Origin: Macrostomum lignano
Taxonomy: Eukaryota
Direction of reading: 5' to 3'
Assembly: GCA_002269645.1 (NCBI GenBank)
Contig: NIVC01001207.1
Span: 271,541 to 335,540, forward strand
DNA length: 64,000 bases
Each line of letters begins with the position of its first letter. Position 1 is the first letter of the stretch. The translations under genes were made by a program, and so were the position numbers. The notes beneath the pieces are model-generated. The model worked only from the letters and a program-made list of their open reading frames with translations, was not told where the DNA came from and searched no databases. This document shows positions 12,434 through 31,928 of the stretch, piece after piece.

Positions 12434-12615
12434 AGTGACCTTGTTTGACCTTTGACCTTTGGTCTCGTTTGATTTTTTCGCCATTTTGCCATTTGGTCTT
12501 CGCTTGACCTTTGACCTTGTTTGAAATTCGACCACGTTTGACCTTTGGGCTTGTTTGGTCTTCCTTTGATCTTCTTTGACCCCTGACCCTGTGTGACCTT
12601 TGACCCTTTTTGACA
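12434..12615. repeat. TGACCTT-rich degenerate low-complexity tract just after the CNDP2 stop
   Basis: TGACCT at 12436, 12446, 12453, 12505, 12512, 12539 and 12594. Confidence 0.75.
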
Positions 12616-13206
12616 TTTAATTTCGATTTGATTTTTTGTTCCCATTCGATTCCCATTCAGTTTTAATGAACTATAATCCTCTCTTACTCTCGTAAAACTC
12701 CTATTGCCGTAAATAGTCATTATTATTATAAGAAATCAATTGTGACCCGTGAGTAAGCTTGTATTTTAATCATCTATAAAAATCAAAAAATCTTTCATTT
12801 GTTGACAATTCCGGTAATTTTTTAAATTAAATCTTGCTAAATTCGCGTCCTTGTTCGATTTGTCTTTTTACTTTTATCATTTTCACAATCAGCGCCCCTT
12901 ACATTATTCGCCACTAAATAGCTCCCATTCTCTTAGTTTAGTTAGCTCTTCTAAAAGTTTAATTTTTTCTGAAATTCGTTTATTGATTTGAAATTAAAAA
13001 ATTCGTGACGTCATTAAACCGTATTTAACTGATTCAAAAATTCCTGTTATGCCAATAATTTTGTGAGGCACCCGATTGCTATATTCGAAGTCACTAATTC
13101 TATTCAATATTTATATATACTAAGGTATTATGCTGTGCGACTTCGATATTAAATTATTTTTACACGAATAGATATGTCATGATTTTCTAGTCCAGTAGAT
13201 AAGGTC

Positions 13207-13805
13207 TACTAGTCTATTGCCTGTCTAATAGATGGGGTCTGTTAGTCCATTGCCTGTCTAATAGATGGGGTCTGTTAGTCCATTGTCTGTCTAATAGATG
13301 GGGTCTGTTGGTTCATTGCCTGTCTAATAGATGGGGTCTGTTAGTCCATTGCCTGTCTAATAGATGGGGTCTGTTAGTTCATTGCCTGTCTAATAGATGG
13401 GGTCTGTTATTTCATTGCCTGTCTAATAGATGGGGTCTGTTAGTTCATTGCCTGTCTAATAGATGGGGTCTGTTAGTTCATTGCCTGTCTAATAGATGGG
13501 GTCTGTTATTTCATTGCCTGTCTAATAGATGGGGTCTTGTAGTCTATTTCCTGTCTAATAGATGGGGTCTGTTAGTCCAATGCCTGTCTAATAGATGGGG
13601 TCTGTTAGTCCATTGCCTGTCTAATAGATGGGGTCTGTTATTTCATTGCCTGTCTAATAGATGGGGTCTTGTAGTCTATTTCCTGTCTAATAGATGGGGT
13701 CTGTTAGTCCAATGCCTGTCTAATAGATGGGGTCTGTTAGTCCATTGCCTGTCTAATAGATGGGGTCTGTTAGTCCATTGCCTGTCTAATAGATGGGGTC
13801 TGTTG
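13207..13805. repeat. 33-bp minisatellite (GTCCATTGCCTGTCTAATAGATGGGGTCTGTTA), 18 copies, ending ~40 nt upstream of the RFC4 ATG
   Basis: The internal ATG recurs every 33 nt from 13232 to 13793. Confidence 0.96.
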
Positions 13806-13844
13806 TTTCTAATACTCTGGATCCTTTCGCAAACTATTCGGTGC

Positions 13845-16078
<2,234 letters not shown>

Positions 16079-18299
16079 GGCCAGCAAGCATGCAGCCTTG
16101 CTTTTTCGGCCAGCTGACAAGTTTATCATTTATTATGCTGTACTGTTTATTAATAACTAATTTAGTGGCATTTCTCTAATTTGAAAAAATCGCATTTTTT
16201 ACACCTATCCACAATCGCAATTTAATATTATTAGTTATATATTATAAATAAATAAGCCAACTTACGCTCGTAATCCAGTTTTGTTAATCCTAATAAAGTT
16301 TGGGTTCATAAATAAGTTTCCTTAAAAAAAACATTTTTCTTTGTTTTTTTTCTCGCGCTTTGCAATGCAGGCCAATTTCCGGAGGCTTTCAAAGAGAATG
16401 CGAGCTGATGCGCATTCAGGCAATGTTACCGTGCCAATAATCGCTAAAAGTGCCATCGCAAACACGTCACTCAGTGACTCTACGAGCGTATCAACTCTGG
16501 GGGGGGGACTCTTGTGACTTTTTCCGACTCAAACGACTTTATTGCAACGGAAAGGCAACTGTTGAGTCAACTGTTTTAGAATTGTAAGAGTCTCGAGAAA
16601 ATTCGTCCAAGAGTGGTATTGACGCCTAACATTTTACTACAATAACTCTTCAAGAAGAGTTGTTATGAATGCGATTCTAATTCATAAAGTGACGCAAATG
16701 CGCTTTGGACGCAACTCAGTGACTCAAGCAAAACCTCAGATACGACGCTACGGCCCCAGAGTCGCAGAAAATGCCTCAAATTGACTCTTAGGCAACTTTT
16801 TGGCGACCTGTAAAATTGTCGTCTAAAAGTCACTTCTTTCCTATTTTTTTGTTCTGAGACGCTTCTGGGCCTAGGTACCGCTTTCATCGCCATCATTACC
16901 CATTGCTCCACGAAGGAGCTTCCCCAGAGAAAAACTGATAACAGAGGCAGAAGAAGCAAGCAAAAGACGTTTTTAAAAATCGACGTGCTGCTCGCTTGAG
17001 CAAGGCAACGTCTGCCTGCGGAGTTCGAAATTTTTCATCTGTCAATGACAGTTTGTGTGCTCCCCAGTGTAAGTTGGGGAAGAGAGGAATTTTTTATTAG
17101 CCAGCAGAAGTTCCGCCATGGACGATGCTAAAGACAGCCAAACATGGCCTTCCAAACTTTCCATCAATCACCAAACCGATACACCACAGAAAGTGAAAAC
17201 CCTACGAAACGGTATCTAGGCCAAGAAGCGTCCCAGTCACTTGTGTCGCCACATAATCGTTGCAGTTAACAGATAAAATAGGAAAGAAATGACTCTAAAA
17301 CGAAGAGATGTCACGGTACAAGTCGCCTAAGAATCAATTTGAGGCATTTTATTGTCGAAACGAAACCAGTTTAATGACTGGGGCCGTAGAGTGTATCTGA
17401 GTGTATCTGAGTGTATCTTTCGCGACTCTCCTGCAACTCGCGTGATGCGCGTGACTCGACAGTTGCCTCACCGCCGCATTACGATTGTTTGAGTCGTTAA
17501 AGAGTCGCTAGAGTCACAAGTGAGCTGTTTGCAATGACTCTGACTTGTCACGGTATCGTTTTCAACGGGAAAGTCACCAGTCTGGCCTCAACTAACTCTG
17601 GCCCTTTTCATACCTTTTGAAGGTATCAACGTTTTCATGGACCCATCTGATCGTTATTTTTTGACAAAAAATGAAGCAGGTAAAAACGGAGTTGTCAAGC
17701 TGATATTTTTCAATTATAATATACTTAATAACGCAGCCTATGAATACACACAGCATGTGTAACAGAAACTATTATGACGCAGATAATTTTATATTGTCAT
17801 GTAGTATACAGATGTGTCAAACAGAGAAAATCTTTCATTCTTTATTACTTAGGCCGGCTTTGTAGTAGTTAAGAGGGTAGCATAAGCAGGGTTATTGTCA
17901 TTAACTTGAGCCAGTAGGATTGTTGTTGGCTGGTGTAAGCTTCAGTTGACAAACAAAAGATTAAAAAAAACAGCAAATAAATTACAGTTACAGAGCACAG
18001 CAACTGATGCAGACACAGAGAGAATCTGGCGGTACCAGAGCCTTCCCCAGCTATGGTATAATCGGATCGATTAAAAACAAAGACAAACGGCTGCCTTTAA
18101 TAAATGTGCAGAGAATCGGGGGGGGGGGCTAGCGGTGCAGTTTAATAGCAGCAGTATACTAACTATAAGCAGCATTCTGTTAACATTTACATGCATATTA
18201 GCCTACTAACATACGCGGCTATACTTGTAGGTATCACACTGGCCATTTGAGAATGAAATGTGCACACAGAGGATAGGATGCAGGTTGGACGAGAATATA

Positions 18300-18899
18300 C
18301 TAGGGGTGTCCGGAAAGTTCAGACACTTCCAATCCCAGAGCACAACTTTGGTGTCATTTTAAAGCGGCACATCTCTTCTTTGCAATGAATTCAGTCGCGT
18401 GCATTATGGTTATTTCATTCAAAAGTTCTGCGTGAAAAAACTGTCTTACAGTTTAAAAAATATAAAAAGCGATATTTTGCCCTCAAAGAAACAAATTTTA
18501 GTCATTTATCATCATCATCATCATCAAGCTTCAAGGCAGCCTTCTCAACATGCCTTCAAGTAAGTGCCTTCGGCCTTCTTCCAATTGCACACTCATGATG
18601 GTGTCAATAATCACAAAAATCAAAACACTTCACTAAGCAAAATCTTGCAAGGTGCTCTAAACAGTGAGATTTGCTTACAAGTGACGGAGTGGTTTTTCAC
18701 ACAACTGTTTAATGAAATGGCCAAAATACACGCGACAGAATTCATTGGAAAGAAGCGAAGTCCGCTCCGTTGGTGTCGGGCGCCTCAGCGTCGCACAGCA
18801 GGCAGTCCACGTATCGACTGGTTTCGATGAACGGCTTTAAAATGACACCAAAGCTGTGCTCTGGGATTAAAATTGTCAGAACTTTCCGGACACCCCTAG
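18300..18899. mobile_element. ~600-bp MITE with 66-bp terminal inverted repeats, Tc1/mariner-like termini
   Basis: The left end CTAGGGGTGTCCGGAAAGTTCAGACACTTCCAATCCCAGAGCACAACTTTGGTGTCATTTTAAAGC (18300-18365) matches the reverse complement of 18834-18899 at 61/66 positions by hand count. No transposase ORF. TA flanks the left end only. Confidence 0.85.
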
Positions 18900-19970
18900 C
18901 CTCGTATTACGAGTAGTATAACACGAAAGAAGCGTAACAGCAGAAATTCAACTTAAATTTGAAAGCAACAATAAAGCAATGAAAATAAAATCACAAGAGA
19001 TTTGACATTAATTTTACAGACTTATGCACGGCCTAATAAGGCTACTAACTATGGGGCTTCAAAGCTCTCTTGGCAATTTGCCAAACTGTCCACACTGATT
19101 CAATTAGCGACCCCGAAAACAGGCATTTAACCCGCTGACTAACAGACTAACTAGCCAGCTTAGACTGCTACTTAAAGTAGCCAGAAACGCATAGTATAAC
19201 CAAAAGTTTTTGCGACAACAGAAAAGAGAAACAGCAGAAGCAAACTGTGAAGCCAAAAGCAAATATTTAGATCTGCAACAATAAACAGGGGTGGGAGGGG
19301 GAGAAAAATGATTTCCATAGAAACTGTTATTAAGCCATGGTCAAATAGAAATCAATAGTACAATCTCTACGGTGTAAACAACAACAGTTCAGTAAATATT
19401 TATATATAATATTATACTCATATTTATAATAGGATATGCGCATTGTTGCAAACTGAGAGGCAGCAATCCACTAGCTTGGCTGAATAATAAGCAAAAACTA
19501 TAAATAACAATAATTCTGATCTAGAATAATCACATTTACCAAATTAACCCTAGCCTAGAAGCCGACGGCAAACCAATTTAAAGCAAGTGAAAACCGCAGA
19601 ACAGCGCGCATCTGTCACGGTGAATTCCAAGTCAGAGAATTGAGAAACGTTCTTAATAAGCAAGAGTTCTTGTTGCATTTTTCTAAATACAGTTTTATTT
19701 AAAAACGCAAAAAACGAAAGCAAACTAAAAAACAAACACTTCGATGCCAACCGAGTCTAAAAAAACTTTGAATGCTCGAATGACCGAGAAGAACTTTCAC
19801 GACCTTTAACTGTATAGCTTAATCTAATCCACCTGTATTGCTGTATTAAAGTTCACTCGCATTCTGCCTCTCCCTAGCAACCTTTTTATAATGTACATGA
19901 TGTACTAACATTAATAATAGCATTCACCCCACGCAGCTAAGTACAGTTAGGTCTAATAGTACACAATGTA

Positions 19971-24791
<4,821 letters not shown>

Positions 24792-25284
24792 TTGCTCAGA
24801 GTGGCCTCAGCCGGTTTCCAGTTGCTGGCGGGTCTCGAAGAAAGCTCTGATGAGGGGCTACCTGCCTCGTTTTGTCTGCTACTTGTAGATTTCTTGTTTT
24901 TACTTTCGTTAAGCACTAATTGCTGAAGCTGAAAATAATTAATTTTAATGTTCCTGTTTATTACAATGAATTAAATAAAATCTGTATTTTTATTACACTT
25001 CTATTAGACAAATTTACTTTATTATGACACCAATAAATGAACTATTAAGCCAGTTCATGTAAAAATAGAATTGTAAAGTAGAAACAAAGATTTCTTAATT
25101 TTTTTTTTTGACTGGTCAAGTCTTGCACTAAAAAAAGCAACTTAAATACGGGAAATTTTACATCGTTTTTAAAAAAAATGCCAATTAAAAAAATCAATAT
25201 AGCCAACTAAATCAAAGTAAAAGCTTTTTTCTTAAAACAAAAATGCGTCAATCTTCAGTTTGTTTCAATGCCAGTTGAGTCCAG

Positions 25285-25664
25285 TTATTCAGACTTGTCA
25301 TGTGTGGTGTCATCCACTGCAGTATCAGCATTGTCAGCATCATTAGCAGCATCATTCGTGTCTGGCGTGGTCTCTTCAACTTCAGCCTGCAATGTAAATT
25401 TCTGGCCACGTTGACAAAACAGTTGCGCATTTTAAATAATTTCTTTAAAAGACTCACAGGTGCAGGCGGTGCATTCTCAATGGCTTTTTCTTTCTCTAAA
25501 TTCTTCTCATTGGCAGCATCTTCTGGTTTCTCTTTTTCAACATCCTTGTTGTTGTTGTCAGGTGCTTTCCCCTTGCTCTTAAACAGAGGCAGCAGGAGAA
25601 AGTGGAAAAATGCTAGAGTAAATGGCGTCACTGCCAGGATGACACAGGGAATGCACACCATCAT
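25285..25664 (-). CDS. Small membrane-anchored protein, C18orf32/UPF0729 (DUF4512)-like, 2 exons, ~102 aa
   Basis: Exon 25664-25458 (M)MVCIPCVILAVTPFTLAFFHFLLLPLFKSKGK...APPAP|gtgagt, a 71-nt intron (ttacattgcag|), then exon 25386-25285 AEVEETTPDTNDAANDADNADTAVDDTTHDKSE*. The N-terminal MVCIPC followed by a hydrophobic stretch and a charged tail matches my recollection of the C18orf32 family start (MVCIPCIVIP...). No search was run. Confidence 0.6.
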
Positions 25665-26439
25665 GCATAAATTGTTATTACACTATTTATTAGAATTTTA
25701 GAATATTTTTAAGCACAAATTAAAAAATTCTGCAAGCTTTCGTGAGGTCATTCCTGTCCATTTTACTCATTGAGTATATAAATAGTTTATTAATAATTAT
25801 TTGACTACACCTGCCCTAATGGGCAGATATACAACCAATAGGAAACGGGGGTGTCCAATGCGATTTAGACCTTGGCTGCAATAGGGCAATCAATGACTAT
25901 TTATTTGTGTGCAAAGATTGTTTTGATATAATGAACCCTTCATTGACCTGTTTTGCATAATTGATTAGGGAAATGCAGATTTTTAATCTTGGTATCTTAG
26001 ATGCTGTGTACATAAAGAAACTCAGTCCATATATGCGCAACAGTCGGCCGAGTCGGCCGATCTGGCTGACCGATTTGGCGGCCAACCAAGGAAGTCGCAA
26101 AAATGCCCACCCAAAAAAACCCAAGTAGTAGTACTAAGTAGCTGACGAGGCATTTTGGCTTAATAAGACAGTCATAGCTACTCCTGCCGTTTACCCTTGG
26201 TAAGTTGCGTTAAGTTGGTAAGTTGCATTAATTTTGCTTTAGGATTTTTTTACATGTAAGTCGCATTTTTGGCCAAAAAACTATGTCGCATTTTTGTTAA
26301 AACTAAGTCGCACGGCCGGCCGAATTTTAGAGGTTGCGCATGTATGACTCAGTCTAAGCCTGAACATTCAACTTGTTTATTGTGGTGACCAGAACAACAG
26401 ATTAGCTCTATCGGCAAAGCTGTCAAAGCGAATGTATTT

Positions 26440-28190
26440 CAGTGCTTAAGATCAAAGATGAGCAAGCATATTAGTACAAGATTAAAAGCCAGAGTGGTGG
26501 ATATTAACGATGGTATGCAACTGAGGGAACTGTAGAGTGGGAGATATAGCCATAGATTATATACTAGTGTGACAAGCTTTGACTGGGGCTACGTCATTCA
26601 AAGTGGTGCAGGACACTTACTTAGGGTCTCTAAGGAATGTACATGTTTTTCTCCTCTCTCCTCTCCTCTCCTCTCCTTTGCAAGCAACACCCTTTCAACC
26701 ATCTATATACATGTATTTTGTGACAATTCTCTAAAACCTTCTCTTTTTTATTGCACATCTGAAAAAAACCCTATTCTAGTTTTTGTAATGTATGCTTATT
26801 TTTTAATACTTTTGTCTTATTTGCCCAATCATTCAATATATATATATATATTTGAGGTCACAATTGTGTCACTTTGATTTTTGCAATTTTACTTCAGCTA
26901 ATAAATTGCTTGATAATGTGTAATGCAAACCAAAACATGTTGCTTTAGAAAATAAAATAAAATGTTGATTTTGAGCTTTCCTTTTCTATCATTTTAGATA
27001 GATTCTAATCATTTCATTGATAGTTATCTATGATAATATTGGATTAATAAACTTTGTTAATCATTAACAATAGTTAAACAATATTAAAAGATGTTTAGAA
27101 ACTGATACGTATAAACTATACTCTAGAAGGGGAGCAGGAACTTTTCTAGTCTGAAAGTTTCTAACCAAAAGTTGCACTGGAGTAGCTCTATCCCAAGAGA
27201 GATGACAGTAAAGAAAATGGTGCAAAATGTCTACAAGTATGCTTAGAACTTGCCCATGCAACCTAGGTCACTAGAGGAACTTGTGATAACTGACAAATTT
27301 CAATATCAGAATGGATAGTGCTTTCTCTTGCATGATTCTAGACCTAATGCAAATAGAATTTTTATTTGGCAGCAAGCCACCAAATTTTTTTACTTTTGAC
27401 ACTGTTTTGCAATTTTTTGCCTAACAGCTTGTAGTGCATATAGTGAGACATGAGCATGTTTAGCCTTTAATCTATGATCTGCTACCTGACAAAATACAGG
27501 CAACATACACATGATTTTTTAGAATTCTAGCACAGACAAATGGCCCCAAATATAGTGCCAGGCACTGCCAGCTATGAAAGCCAGCTTTGCAACTTTGAGC
27601 TAGGCCAAATTAATACCATCTAGGAAGTTTATCAAGGTTAGCTGACAGGATGCCCCTTAAATTTAAAACAATGTGTTATTTACAAAGCAATGTCGAAGGG
27701 TTTGAAGTGTGACCTAGAGCAGGATAAAGAGGTGTCTCTATGGTTGCACTATTTGCCTGCTTTGGCATTTATACTAGAAAACTGAATTGCTGCTAGCTTT
27801 GATGAGCTCATCATGTTTGTAGATTTTTCACTGCAGCTGGAGATTATAACTCACTATTTTGAGAAAACTGGATTGGCAGACATATGCCTAATGAACAGAG
27901 ACACTACCCTTGCTTCCCAATCTCTTCATGGAACATTTGCCAGTGTATTCTAAATGGCCAGCATTAAGTAAACAAGTGGGTTGAAGTGTGGCATTGCCAT
28001 ATACAGACAGTACTTTTGTGAAATGCACCATAGATATTTAAGCTACTAAAAGCACTCAAAAAGCACTCATAAAAGAAAACAACCATTAGGAATAGCTGAT
28101 GCCATTTATGGCAATAGCCAGCAAGTGAAGCACTAGCTAAAAGACAAAAGTATGTGCAAAGAAATGCTATGGTCCTTTGTGTTAACCTTC
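26440..28190 (+). pseudogene. Degenerate Mutator-like (MULE) transposase relic, possibly with an N-terminal FLYWCH remnant
   Basis: Conceptual translation from 27202 (with a few frame changes) gives NLPMQPRSLEELVI, FLLHDS, RIFI, QLVVH, PLIYDLLPDK..ATYT*FF, NFELGQIN, TGC..LKQC, LPALAF, FDEL, YFEKT/WIG, PCFPISSWN and *VNKWVEVWH. This motif order is typical of MULE/FAR1-type transposases. It has ~11 stops and several frameshifts. The 26445-26545 part (EQAY*YK...RWY) is weaker. Confidence 0.8.
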
Positions 28191-31100
28191 TTACCTTCTA
28201 GCTAGCAATCTGGTTAGCAACCTTGGCTAGCAATTTTCTAGCTGACAACTTTTTTAGCTAATAACTTTCTAGCTTGCAACTTTTTGGTGGCAACTTACTG
28301 GCTAACAATTTTCTAGTTGACAAAGTTTATAGACCCTTTAAAAGATATCATTTATACTAGAATTTTTAGGGTGTATTTTATTTAGTATATATTGTGTATT
28401 TGGTTCTAGTATACATTCAAATATGTACTCAACAATCTTGGGTATAGCATATATATTTATATAAAAAAATTGTATTTTTATGCATAATGCCTAATTCTAG
28501 GTTTATTTTTTATGCACAGAATATGCATTATATATATTCTAAATTTTAAAATTGCACCCTAAAATAAAAAGTAGATGTGGTTTAAGTGCAGTCTCATAAC
28601 CTATTTTTTCATTGAAGCCTTATTTGCATTGCCTTTAAGTAAAAAAAAGAAATTGCACTCTAAGCCCTAAAATTGCACCTTGAAAGTGAGCATAAAGTGC
28701 AATTTTGCACCTTGTCTCTGATGAAAAAGAAAACTCTGAGGCTTATAGCTATAAAGAGATTATTTTTATGAATTTATTTTTATTGCATAAAACTTTATAT
28801 TTTAATTTTAAATCTAGTGCCTAGTAGACTTTTGTGAACATTCTATATTATAAAAATATTTAAAGCATAAAAAATTGTTCCATATTTACTGTCTAAATTA
28901 GTTTCTATATTACAAGAAATTATCAAATTAATTTTTTAAAAACAAATTAGACTTGAAATATTTTAATATAATATCAATGAAAAAAGAAACTAGGCCTTAG
29001 GCTTAGTTTTATTAGCTAATATTTTATTTGAAGATAAAAAGTCAAAACTAAAGACAAAGTTACCTTGCTATTTATTTAACTAGTAGTATTCTATAGTTAA
29101 CTAATAGTATTCTATCATAATTATGGCTATAGACTATATAGATATAAAAAATTGGGATAGTACTTTTTAAAACAAAATGTAGTTATAGATTGCTAGAGTT
29201 CTTGACTAGTGGTAACTATGGTAATAGATTATGGAGATTTAGAATACCTTATGTAATTTCCTATTATAATATACATTTGTTAATAAATCTTTTTTTGTAA
29301 AATTACCTATTTTTATTTTAACTTTTTATAACTATATTCTTGGCTAATTAAAATTATCAGCTATGAGCTATACATATAAAATGCATCTATATTTGTTATA
29401 CCAAACTAAACAAATCACTAAATTTAAAAGAGTTTTTGCTTTTTTTTTGATCAATTTTGATTTTGTTTCATGTGTTTCACTTTCTGCTTTTGGAAAGCAG
29501 AGGTTTTTGTTAATTTTGTTAAATTTTATATAGGTCTAAGGAGATTTGACCATCTTAAACATAACAAATTGTGGTTACAAAGATGGCATGGTAAAATACA
29601 GTATGGCTATGCCTATAGCTACAGAGGTACAGAGCAGGGGTATGGTGGCAAAATGCTATTAACTAGATTATATCCAAAAATCAAAATAACTTATTAAGCT
29701 TCTTCTATACATAGTCATAATAACTGAACAAGCAAGTATTGTAAATTGTTCCTTTGAATGAAGGCCTAGCCATTGAGACAAGACATTGGTGCCATGTTTC
29801 TATATTATGTATCAACTGTATTACTTGTCTTCATTCACTCATTCGTTTGAGTTCTAAGCTTGACTTGGGTCATGAGAAAACAAACCAAGGCTAAAATAGA
29901 ACATTCAAATTCCGTGCCCTAGGCCTAGATTCATATTATATGTTATCTTGATAGATTATAATGGGACAAAATTCTGCTTTAGTGTTAGCCTTCAGGAAGT
30001 TCAGGTCGTTAGTAATTAGTTCTAAATCGAAAACTAAGTACTGTATAAATCTAATAAATGTAATAAAAAACGAAACAAAATAGCTATAGTATATAGCTTC
30101 GATGACAGACTGGTCAATAATATTAACATTTAATTTCTTACAACTGACTGGCCTACCATGAAAAACCGCAGAAAGATTTACAGTTCAGACCATAACAACA
30201 TTTATTGTATATATGATTTTACTGTTACTATAACATACGAATAAGGTATTACTACTGATGTACCGCATAAGCAATCTGAAAAGATATTTTTAAGAAAACA
30301 AATTTTTCTGTACATTCAAAGGTACACTTGTTAGAAAAAAAAGCCAATCACCCCAAAATTTTTATAAAGTAAACATTTTACTTTAAGCCCTGAGAAAATC
30401 ATATTTTGCCAGTAAGAAGTTTCGTGTAAAGAATTTTGTTATACCTTTACTTTTTAACAGATCAGAACTTCTGCATAGAGCTTCGCGCGTTAATTATTTG
30501 TCATGTTAGATGCTAATTGTTAGCCCACTATCGCTTTGTTTATAAAATTTATAAGTTTTCGCTTTAAGTTGCTATCAACGCTTTCATAACTTTATACCAA
30601 ACAGAACAAACGAAACGAAATTTTACTGGGCAAAGAGACGTTTTAGGATCGATCTTGGCTGAGATTTTGATCAAGTACATGTACTGTTGAATTCGCCCCT
30701 TTTTACTCATTGTGGGCACAAGAGTTTTAGAAATATCGATCATCATCCCTGAACTCTAATCAGGTCTTGTTTTTTCAAAGTATATGTATATGTAACAACT
30801 GTAGATTGCTATAGTAGCCCCCCTTGAGCAAAGACCTGAAAAAATCAAGGGGGGCTTGCCAAGCGCATTTTCGCCAAAATACAGAGCCACCACCTCCGCC
30901 CCCCTTGGGTCTTTACTCTTTACCCTCCAGAATCCCCCTCAACAAATTTCTGGTTGCTCCACTGCAAATATAACCTTAAGCTGGAGCTAGATAGGGAATG
31001 TAATGCTTAAATGTACATGTAAGGACAATCCAATTAAATACGCCATATCGGGCTTTTTTCATTTATTCACGCGATATTATAAAAACCTGTGCATGGCTGC

Positions 31101-31894
31101 ATGCCAATTTAACCTTACTTTGTTAACTTTAACTTCAAGCCTGACATGTCAGCGACATTAATTCTCCTGTGTTACATGTGTAACAGCTATCATATTTGAA
31201 TTGGAAAAGTAGTTCATATAGTTTAAGTACAGTGTCTTGTACATTTTGAAAGCTTTTTTAAATCTGCTGGGTGGATTCTGGATTAAACACAGTTTATAAA
31301 TCTCTGCAACTTCTATAATATTAATTGTTTCGTTCACACGTTTACTTAAAAGCTTGAATTGCGGTAATTTCTAATTTCAATTTTATAATGTTCAAAGTTT
31401 CAAAGAAGAAATAAGAATATAAAAATAAAAATAAAAAACTTATCCATAAATTTTATGCACATTTAAATGTGTAATGGATATACCACCACATTTTTATGAT
31501 TGTAATAATTTCTATGAAAAAGTTGAATGACTGACCACCTTGACTTGATAATGACTTGATAGAAGTAGGTATAAACATGTAAACTGCTCAGCGTTTTATT
31601 ATTAACTTATTGAAACTGTATGCAAATGCATATGAATATTCAGTATCTGCTATTCAAACAGAATCTACAAAAGTAAATGAATGGTATGCCATGCGTACAC
31701 TACAAATGTACGCACGCTGGTAAGGAGGTTGGGTTGTCTGCTTGGGCGTCTAGCATGTGACTTGTGTATTAGGAAACTTTCACATTTAATGTGAAAGAGC
31801 AAAACAAGTCTATCCCTCAAACGTTATTGGAGTAGAGCGGGGAATAGTAGGTGAAAGAGCTGCAATGCGTCTTTCACATAGACAGACTTTAATG

Positions 31895-31928
31895 CATAAA
31901 AGCCCCTACTTCTAGCTCTAACCTCAGT
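31895..31928 (+). promoter_or_regulatory. Candidate ferritin core promoter: TATA-like CATAAAAG plus Inr TCAGT
   Basis: CATAAAAG at 31895 lies 31 nt upstream of the A (31926) of TCAGT, the canonical TATA-Inr spacing. This predicts a 65-nt 5' UTR. Confidence 0.45.
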
